In this document: piece by piece, positions 1 through 6,545 of the stretch
How positions within the stretch are numbered: the stretch's first letter is position 1
Layout: each line of letters opens with the position of its first letter
Assembly (NCBI GenBank): GCA_043821285.1
Contig: JBDRCZ010000053.1
Coordinates: 1-36,614 of the forward strand
Direction: 5' to 3'
Source: Candidatus Omnitrophota bacterium
GTDB lineage: Bacteria; Omnitrophota; Gorgyraeia; B26-G9; JBDRCZ01
Length of the DNA: 36,614 bases
Position numbers and translations under genes: made by a program
Notes under the pieces: generated by a model
What the model saw: the letters and a program-made list of their open reading frames with translations, nothing else
The model's database searches: none
What the model was told of the DNA's origin: nothing

Positions 1-1150
1 GTTGGCAATGGCGGTTCCTACCTTGGCAATATTTCTTACCTGACTGGTAAGATTCGCAGCCATAGTATTGACGTTATCTGTCAAGGCTTTCCATGTGCCG
101 GCTACCCCGGGAACAGCTGCCTGGCCGCCGAGCTTACCTTCAGTGCCGACTTCCTTGGCCACGCGCGTAACTTCGCCTCCGAACGCGTTTAAGTTATCCA
201 CCATCCGGTTGATTGTATCTTTGAGTTCCAATACTTCACCCGCCACTTCAACTGTGATCTTCTGAGACAGGTCTCCGTTGGCGACCGCGGTGGTAACATT
301 GGCAATATTCCTCACCTGGTTTGTCAGGTTCCCGGCCAATATGTTTACATTATCAGTCAGGTCCTTCCATGTCCCGGCTACCCCGGGCACAGTTGCCTGG
401 CCTCCAAGCTTACCGTCAGTACCTACTTCCTTGGCAACACGTGTAACCTCGTTGGCAAAAATATTAAGCGAGCCCACCATATTATTGATCGTATCTTTTA
501 ACTGCAGTATTTCTCCTTGCGCCTCAACTGTAATCTTCTGCGACAGGTCCCCTTTAGCTACCGCGGTCGTGACATTGGCGATATTCCTTACCTGGCTTGT
601 CAGGTTGGCAGCCATGGTGTTAACGTTATCGGTCAGGGCCTTCCATGTCCCGGCTACCCCTTCTACCTTTGCCTGGCCCCCGAGTTTACCTTCGGTGCCA
701 ACTTCCTTGGCCACACGCGTAACCTCGTTGGCAAATATGTTAAGTGCGTCTACCATATTATTAATCGTATCTTTTAACTGCAGTATTTCTCCTTGCGCCT
801 CAACTGTAATCTTCTGCGACAGGTCCCCTTTAGCTACCGCGGTCGTGACATTGGCAATATTCCTTACCTGGCTTGTCAGGTTGGCTGCTAAAGTATTAAC
901 GTTGTCCGTCAGATCCTTCCATGTCCCAGCCACCCCTTCTACCTTTGCCTGGCCGCCAAGTTTTCCATCAGTGCCAACTTCCTTGGCCACACGCGTAACC
1001 TCGCCTCCGAAACGGTTAAGAAGATCGACCATCCCGTTATATGATTCCGCAAGATCTCCAAAAATATCTTCTCTGCGGCTCTTAAGCTTCTTTGTCAGAT
1101 CCCCTTTTCGCACCGCCTCCATCGCCTCTAAAAGATCCCTTAACTGCTGA
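1..1150 (-). repeat. Intragenic tandem repeat of about 276 bp, at least four units, inside the poly-HAMP CDS. Two units are almost identical at the DNA level.
   Basis: Positions 481-620 and 757-897 differ at only 1-3 positions over about 130 nt (…attattgatcgtatcttttaactgcagtatttctccttgcgcctcaactgtaatcttctgcgacaggtcccctttagctaccgcggtcgtgacattggc…). The same periodicity is visible from position 1. Confidence 0.8.
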
Positions 1151-1257
1151 TCTGTTCCTTCCGCGGCCCCGGACACTTTTTCCACTACACCTGTCCTTGT
1201 TCCTTCTTCGCCGCCAAACAATGCTTTCCTCGCCGGTTTTCTCAATGGCTCTCCCAT
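1..1257 (-). CDS. Poly-HAMP signal-transduction protein, N-terminal part. The gene runs off the window start, so the C-terminal output domain lies outside.
   Basis: The minus-strand frame is open from the ATG at 1257 to position 1. A GGGGGAAGGG Shine-Dalgarno-like box sits 6 nt upstream. The translation begins [11 protein letters not shown]…KGDLTKKL… It continues with about 92-aa repeats of the form [26 protein letters not shown]…[54 protein letters not shown]. That is the classic concatenated-HAMP repeat signature. No transmembrane segment is seen in the visible part. The plus-strand ORFs listed in the track at 68-1280 are shadow frames of this gene. Confidence 0.75.
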   Translation of the reverse strand, partial: MGEPLRKPARKALFGGEEGTRTGVVEKVSGAAEGTDQQLRDLLEAMEAVRKGDLTKKLKSRREDIFGDLAESYNGMVDLLNRFGGEVTRVAKEVGTDGKLGGQAKVEGVAGTWKDLTDNVNTLAANLTSQVRNIANVTTAVAKGDLSQKITVEAQGEILQLKDTINNMVDALNIFANEVTRVAKEVGTEGKLGGQAKVEGVAGTWKALTDNVNTMAANLTSQVRNIANVTTAVAKGDLSQKITVEAQGEILQLKDTINNMVGSLNIFANEVTRVAKEVGTDGKLGGQATVPGVAGTWKDLTDNVNILAGNLTNQVRNIANVTTAVANGDLSQKITVEVAGEVLELKDTINRMVDNLNAFGGEVTRVAKEVGTEGKLGGQAAVPGVAGTWKALTDNVNTMAANLTSQVRNIAKVGTAIAN

Positions 1258-1272
1258 ATCCCTTCCCCCTTT

Positions 1273-2100
1273 TTAGTTGATAGATAAGATTTCTTTGGTT
1301 ATCCTCTTATATGCCCTGCCTACATCAGAAAACGGCGCGTAATGTGAAATTGGGATCCCTTTAATCTGCGCTTTATGTATTTTTCTAGAAAACGGCAGGG
1401 TAAATATTTTTATATGCGAGCTGAGGTTTGTTTTCAGAAATCTTTTTAATAAGTTTCTTGCCTCGCGGGTCAAGAACTTATCAAACAAACTTATCGAATA
1501 CTCCCTTAAAAGAACCATCAATACATTTGTTTCTACGCCAATCTCTTCATGGAGGTCTATAACAAGTGTTTTAAGCGTCTCCATGGCCTCATAGGCAAAG
1601 ACTCCCGAATCTAAAGGTATGATTATATTTTTAGACGCGACCATGCCGTTAATCATCAGGAACGTTGAACCGGGCGGAACATCAATGAGGATATAATCAA
1701 AATAAGCCTGTATACCATCAATCTTCCCGGTTAAAATACGCGTATTATTAGCTTGACCGGCCATGTGCGTCTCCGCCGCTAACAGATCCAGAGAAGAGGG
1801 AGCGAGATAAACTCCTGAATCCGTCTCTAATATTATCTCCTCTATATTCGTTTGGCCTAAAAAGACATCCGCGATTGAAGAGTCAATAGTTTTCCTGTCA
1901 ATGCCTAATCCGGTGGTCGCGTTTCCCTGCGGATCCAGGTCTAACACCATGACCTTTTTATTCATCTTCACCAGCCACCCGGCAACATTGAGACACGATG
2001 TAGTCTTTCCTGTCCCGCCTTTATGATGGACAAAGGCAATAGTTTTAACCGCTTGAATATTATTATGTTCATTGTCTCTCTGAAATATACTCTTTACCAC
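1273..2100 (-). CDS. ParA/MinD-family P-loop ATPase
   Basis: A deviant Walker A motif is present (FVHHKGGTGKTTSCLNVAG), followed by a LDLDPQGNAT block. The length is 275 aa. The gene lies 15 nt upstream of the poly-HAMP gene on the same strand, so the two are probably co-transcribed. Confidence 0.9.
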   Translation of the reverse strand: MVKSIFQRDNEHNNIQAVKTIAFVHHKGGTGKTTSCLNVAGWLVKMNKKVMVLDLDPQGNATTGLGIDRKTIDSSIADVFLGQTNIEEIILETDSGVYLAPSSLDLLAAETHMAGQANNTRILTGKIDGIQAYFDYILIDVPPGSTFLMINGMVASKNIIIPLDSGVFAYEAMETLKTLVIDLHEEIGVETNVLMVLLREYSISLFDKFLTREARNLLKRFLKTNLSSHIKIFTLPFSRKIHKAQIKGIPISHYAPFSDVGRAYKRITKEILSIN

Positions 2101-2147
2101 TCTTCACCCCCCGCTCTCCGCGAATATTTGTATCAATACCCGCGTTC

Positions 2148-2196
2148 TTTATAAAACAAAAAACCCGATTTTCTTATCTTTGAGAAAATCGGGTTT
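2148..2196 (-). terminator. Putative rho-independent terminator, read on the minus strand
   Basis: A perfect 14-bp stem is present (AAACCCGATTTTCT / AGAAAATCGGGTTT, 2161-2174 and 2183-2196) with an 8-nt loop. On the minus strand it is followed by TTTTGTTTTAT. On the plus strand the stem is followed by A-rich sequence, so the minus orientation is favoured. Confidence 0.5.
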
Positions 2197-2264
2197 GATT
2201 ATAAAAAAAATTCTGGTTTTCAATGCCAGAAATAAATTTAACTCTAAAAAATCTGCCTTTAGCT

Positions 2265-2292
2265 TATGTATGTATGTATGTATGTATGTATG
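2265..2292. repeat. Tetranucleotide microsatellite (TATG)7
   Basis: Seven uninterrupted TATG units are read directly. The repeat is intergenic, about 165 bp upstream of the parA-like start on the minus strand. Confidence 0.9.
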
Positions 2293-2329
2293 TTAAACGG
2301 TTGGTCTGTTATCATCACTATCTCATTAA

Positions 2330-2445
2330 TAGATACCCACGCCTTTACAGGCGTGGTTCTTACTGTCTCAGGCTTTGCCTGTCCAGCAACTTCATTGCTG
2401 GAAACTGGCTCTCACCCCCGTCTTTACAGACGGGGAACTCCCGCT
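2330..2445. ncRNA. Candidate structured small RNA. Strand is undetermined, but a minus-strand terminator lies at 2148-2196.
   Basis: Four consecutive hairpins fall within about 100 nt of non-coding sequence. They are CCACGCC-TTTACA-GGCGTGG (2337-2356), CAGGC-TTT-GCCTG (about 2369-2381), CCAGCAA-CTTCA-TTGCTGG (2384-2402) and CCCCGTC-TTTACA-GACGGGG (2416-2435). Two of them share an identical TTTACA loop. The region is GC-richer than its flanks. Confidence 0.35.
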
Positions 2446-2966
2446 TTAATAGATTTTTCATTTCTACAGATCTCAACAACAGCTATTACTTTTTAAACCT
2501 TATCACCTCTTTAATTTTACAGCTTATTTCAAATAAAAAAATTCCTTCGGAATCTTTTTATCCATTTAAAAACCTTTCGTGTTCAAACCTTCCCTTAACA
2601 ATGAATTAAATATACCAATCTATACCCCAAATCCCGTGTTATCCATAGATTGAAAATCTTATTGTTTTCTATACGTTAAAAAATTTCTTTCACTATAATT
2701 ATTCTTGCTGTGCAAAAATATACTTAAGTATAATTATAGCATAGACAATAAATTTTTAGCAAGTATAAATTATTATCTTCGACAATAATTGGTGCAAAAT
2801 CTATATCCTTCGTGATCTTCGTGGTTCAAGTATTGTGTATTTTTTAACGCGGAACTATTACTAAGAATATAAAAATAAGAGTGATATGCAGATTAGATTT
2901 TACAGAAAAAAACGACTTGAGCTGGTCTTCTCTGGCAAGGCTTACCAAACAAACTTCTAAAGTTAG

Positions 2967-3593
2967 TCAAACGGGGATTACCAGTTTCTTTACTACATCT
3001 TCAAAATGTTTTTTTATATCTTCCCATAAAACCTTCTTTAGCATTGTTGGCATTTCGTCTGATTCGGCGTCATCAAAATAGATAAGACTCTTCATAATAT
3101 GAACTTGGGTAGCCGCTAAATTTTTATATTTTTTATCATAAAGTTGTATCGCCTCTTTTAAAGATAGGTACTCTTTACAAATAAAATAAAAGTCCACAAA
3201 ATCTCTCTTGGTTCCTCTGGATGCAATCGCGGCGATTTTCATTGCCGCGATATCGCGGATATCTGTAATATTAATCATCCCAAACCGTTTTGTCGGGTAA
3301 AGAAGAGGATATTCGTAATAAAACATGCTAAACCGAACGCCGGCAAACTTACCTAAGATTGTTCTCCATGCAATATTTTCTAATTGGAAATCTGATATTT
3401 TTTTGATTTCAGGTAAAAGCTTATTTTCATCAAATTCTTTTGACGTAAAAAAATCTAAATCATAGGATATGCGGTGTCCAAGCTGAAGTGCCAAGGCCGT
3501 CCCCCCGGCTAAATAAGCCTGTTGTATAATTTCACTTTTTTCTAATACGGCCAGAATTGTTTTCGTGTTTCCCGAAAGGATTTCTTCAAACAC
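2967..3593 (-). CDS. Nucleotidyltransferase toxin of the AbiEii/AbiGii-like family (abortive-infection / type IV toxin-antitoxin)
   Basis: The N-terminus carries the family signature …AYLAGGTALALQLGHRISYDLDFF…, matching the GGTAL…R.S.DLDF motif of AbiEii. The length is 208 aa. The 5' end overlaps the upstream ORF by 52 nt. Confidence 0.6.
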   Translation of the reverse strand: MFEEILSGNTKTILAVLEKSEIIQQAYLAGGTALALQLGHRISYDLDFFTSKEFDENKLLPEIKKISDFQLENIAWRTILGKFAGVRFSMFYYEYPLLYPTKRFGMINITDIRDIAAMKIAAIASRGTKRDFVDFYFICKEYLSLKEAIQLYDKKYKNLAATQVHIMKSLIYFDDAESDEMPTMLKKVLWEDIKKHFEDVVKKLVIPV

Positions 3594-3844
3594 TTTACAT
3601 CCTCCTTTTTAACATTGACGATAACCGCCCAGAAATTGGCGCTTTTAAGAGAGAGGTCACGATAATTACGTAAAATATTTTTTATTTCCAACTCGGTAAA
3701 ATTCTTCCACATCCAGCTAATCGCTTCCCCATCGCCATAATCCATAATCCGTCTTAATACATATATACGACGTTTTCTTAAATCTATATTTTCAAATTTT
3801 ACATCCCAGAAATATTTTTTTAAAAATTTGGGTAGCCTTTTCAT
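3542..3844 (-). CDS. Small protein encoded upstream of, and overlapping, the AbiEii-like gene. It is a putative antitoxin or partner protein of unrecognised family.
   Basis: A 100-aa ORF overlaps the toxin gene and is in an operonic arrangement with it. It is K/R-rich (…RKRRIYVLRRIMDYGDGEAISWMWKNF…). No helix-turn-helix motif was confidently recognised. Confidence 0.4.
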   Translation of the reverse strand: MKRLPKFLKKYFWDVKFENIDLRKRRIYVLRRIMDYGDGEAISWMWKNFTELEIKNILRNYRDLSLKSANFWAVIVNVKKEDVKCLKKSFRETRKQFWPY

Positions 3845-3932
3845 ATTTCGACCTGATTATCTCCATGGACTATCCGATTATCTGCTCCCGGATTAATCTG
3901 ATTTTAATATCATATTTTATAAAAATAATATC

Positions 3933-3961
3933 TTGACAAAATATTAATTATATGTTATACT
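3933..3961 (+). promoter_or_regulatory. Near-consensus sigma-70 promoter for the downstream toxin-antitoxin operon
   Basis: The -35 element is TTGACA (3933-3938). A 17-nt spacer follows. The -10 element is TATACT (3956-3961). Confidence 0.6.
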
Positions 3962-4079
3962 CATTTTTAGCATAGAAAAGTATACCCTTATGGGCACAAG
4001 TAAAATACGTTTCTAATTACTGAAAATCGAGCATGCTATTACCAAAGGCGATTTTCTTGTGGAAATAGGAGGTGATTTT

Positions 4080-4349
4080 ATGTTAAGGAAATTAGGTCAA
4101 AATTACCAAATTGCATTACCAAAAGAGGTGGTAAAAACCCTTCATCTCCATGTTAATGATTATCTTGACATTAAAACCAAAGATAATAAAATCATTATTG
4201 AGCCACAGCTCGTAATCCCCAAGGACCAAGCCTATTTTTATACTCGCGAGTGGCAAAAAGAGGAAGCCGAAGCTTCGGATGACATCAAAGCCGGCCGTGT
4301 AACTAAGACGAAGAACCTTAAGGGACTATCTATGGAACTTGATCATTGA
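4080..4349 (+). CDS. AbrB/MazE/SpoVT-type antitoxin
   Basis: The translation reads MLRKLGQNYQIALPKEVVKTLHLHVNDYLDIKTKDNKIIIEP, a swapped-hairpin AbrB/MazE fold signature. The track ORF starts at 4059, but AGGAGGTGA lies inside that extension and 4 nt upstream of the ATG at 4080. The real start is therefore probably 4080. Confidence 0.75.
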   Translation: MLRKLGQNYQIALPKEVVKTLHLHVNDYLDIKTKDNKIIIEPQLVIPKDQAYFYTREWQKEEAEASDDIKAGRVTKTKNLKGLSMELDH

Positions 4350-4606
4350 TGCATATAGAAGCTACCAAAACCTTTATTAGGCTATACCAGAAACTACCGC
4401 AAGAGCTTAAAAAAAAAACCAAAACGGCTATTGAGATTCTCCAGTCAAATCCTGCTCACCCTTCTTTAGTCCACAAAAAGATGTCCGGCCAAGAGGATAT
4501 ATTTGAAATTAGAATTTCAAAGAACTATCGTATTACCTACCAAAAAATTGCTGACACCGCTTATCTACGCAAAATCGGCACTCACGACCTCTTGCGTAAT
4601 CCATAA
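4346..4606 (+). CDS. RelE/ParE-family toxin
   Basis: The ATGA start overlaps the antitoxin stop. The length is 86 aa. Motifs …NPAHPSLVHKKMSGQEDIFEIRISKNYRITYQKI…AYLRKIGTHD are typical of RelE/ParE toxins. Confidence 0.8.
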   Translation: MMHIEATKTFIRLYQKLPQELKKKTKTAIEILQSNPAHPSLVHKKMSGQEDIFEIRISKNYRITYQKIADTAYLRKIGTHDLLRNP

Positions 4607-4673
4607 ATTCGTCATTGGGAAAGCTTATCTTCTTCTTTTCTATTAGCGGACATTAGCGTTTCCTTAATATTTT

Positions 4674-6545
4674 TTATAAACTCTGTCTGACTGGTAAAAT
4701 TACCGTAAAAACCGTTCCTCCACCTAATTTACTTTTTATCTTTATACTCCCGGAGTGGAGCTCGATTATTTTATATACCAAATTTAATCCCAGGCCAACA
4801 CCTTTTGTCTTACGGGAAAATAGCAATTCTCCCAATCTCTTCTGATCAGCCTCAGTTATACCACAACCATTATCACGGATCAAAATCTCTACCTTATCTT
4901 CAGCCTTGCGGTAAGATAAACTTATTCCTACCCGTCCCTCTTTATCACTAATTGCTTCATAAGCATTAATAAGTAAATTGGTAAAAACCATTTTTATTGC
5001 CGAAAGGTCACAAGAAACAAATGGTAAATCCGGATCAATGGACAATTCGGTCTTCACATTTGCCTGAAAAAATCTATGGCTAATTTCCTTCATCTGTCTT
5101 TTTATTATGTCTGGTAAATAAACCTGTTCAAATTTTTGTACGTTCAGTTTTGTATAACCGAGCAAGTTGCTAATAATCTTATCGATTTCGTCTATTTTCT
5201 TATCAACATCTTTAATGTTCTGAATCAATTTTTCATCCTTAATCTCTCTGTTTATACTATATAATGCTAATTTAACCGCACCTAAAGGGTTACGAATTTC
5301 ATGGATAATTGTTGCCGAAATCTCACCAATTGCTGCCAGTTTACTCGAAGTAACAAGTTTATCCTGATATTTTTGCAGTTGTTGCGTCATACGGTTAAAG
5401 ATATTACACAACTCGCCTATTTCATCATTACTCTTACATTCCGCCCGGCTTGTAATATCCCCTTCTCCCACCCTTTTCGCCGCCGCCATCATGCTATGTA
5501 GTGGATCCGTAAGTAATTTCACAAAAAACACCCCGACAACAACCGCGACAATAACTACCAGCAAGATAATACTCATTAAAATATTATTAAATCTTTTTGC
5601 CGGCTGAAATAATAGTTCTTTGGTAAAATTAATGATCAACATCCAAAAGTAATCTTTTACCTCTGGGCTGGGAAAAATCGGCTCATATACCATAACCTCG
5701 TTTTTTAACCCGGTTATTTTCCCCGCTTTTGCCTTAAGCACCTCTAACACCAGCGTCTTGGGATAAGACTTTACAAAATTTTCTCCAGAATTTAAATCCC
5801 GCGGGCCTCCCCATTCTTTCTTTTTATCCTGATGAAAAAGGTAAAAGCCATCCTGCGAAATTAAAAAAATTTCTTCACCTAAAAAGCTATACTGTTTTTC
5901 TAATTCTCGTAAAAAACAACTCGCGGAAATATTTAAAATAATTATTCCCCGTTTTTCCCTCAGTTTATTATAGACCGGCACCGCATATCTGATAACCGGA
6001 TTATAAGGGACCTCAATTTTTTCATTTTCTCTATTCAGATCAAGCGGCGAAACATAGATTTGTCCGGGCATAATCTCCATTGCTTTGGAAAAATAGTATC
6101 GCTGACTCTTATCCTGCAGCTCATCCCAAGGGACAATCCATGATTTTCCTCCGTCTGAATCAACCCGGACAATTTCTTGTCCTTTTTCATCAATATATCT
6201 TATCTGGTTATAAATCTGTTTCGACTCGGAAAATGCCAAAAATTCATCTGCTAAAAATTTTTTTCTATTCGTCCACGCCTCATTCTCAGCAGTTTTCTCA
6301 TTTAATAATTGCAACAGCACAGGATTTTTACTTAAGTAAATAATATCACTCCGGGCATTGTCTAAAAATTTTTCAATACGTTTTGCCCGCAGTAACACAT
6401 CATTACCCGCACTCTCTAATGCCCTTATTTCCAGTTCTTTTGATACACTTTTCGTTGTATAGATGCCAAATACAAATAATGGAATTATTGAAAAAAACAA
6501 CATTATTATTAAAAACTTATTTTGTATTTTATCAAATATTCTCAT
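4674..6545 (-). CDS. Sensor histidine kinase (N-terminal TM, periplasmic Cache-like region, second TM, HAMP, HisKA, HATPase_c)
   Basis: The N-terminus has a hydrophobic segment, and a second TM (…IILLVVIVAVVVGVFFV…) follows the periplasmic region. The H-box is SATIIHEIRNPLGAV. The ATPase N/G boxes are NLLINAYEA, IRDNGCGI and GLGLNLVYKIIELHSGSI. Confidence 0.85.
   Translation of the reverse strand: MRIFDKIQNKFLIIMLFFSIIPLFVFGIYTTKSVSKELEIRALESAGNDVLLRAKRIEKFLDNARSDIIYLSKNPVLLQLLNEKTAENEAWTNRKKFLADEFLAFSESKQIYNQIRYIDEKGQEIVRVDSDGGKSWIVPWDELQDKSQRYYFSKAMEIMPGQIYVSPLDLNRENEKIEVPYNPVIRYAVPVYNKLREKRGIIILNISASCFLRELEKQYSFLGEEIFLISQDGFYLFHQDKKKEWGGPRDLNSGENFVKSYPKTLVLEVLKAKAGKITGLKNEVMVYEPIFPSPEVKDYFWMLIINFTKELLFQPAKRFNNILMSIILLVVIVAVVVGVFFVKLLTDPLHSMMAAAKRVGEGDITSRAECKSNDEIGELCNIFNRMTQQLQKYQDKLVTSSKLAAIGEISATIIHEIRNPLGAVKLALYSINREIKDEKLIQNIKDVDKKIDEIDKIISNLLGYTKLNVQKFEQVYLPDIIKRQMKEISHRFFQANVKTELSIDPDLPFVSCDLSAIKMVFTNLLINAYEAISDKEGRVGISLSYRKAEDKVEILIRDNGCGITEADQKRLGELLFSRKTKGVGLGLNLVYKIIELHSGSIKIKSKLGGGTVFTVILPVRQSL

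Noticed and set aside
68-1280. Plus-strand ORFs 68-265, 278-1150, 517-777 and 1092-1280 from the track
   Set aside because: They are repetitive Pro/Ser/Thr-rich shadow frames. They lie opposite a minus-strand frame that encodes canonical HAMP repeats and has a ribosome-binding site.
2223-2609. ORFs 2223-2609 and 2266-2496 (+)
   Set aside because: They run through the (TATG)n microsatellite, which gives MYVCMYVCM…, and through the hairpin block. There is no ribosome-binding site and the composition is low-complexity. The region is better explained as non-coding or sRNA.
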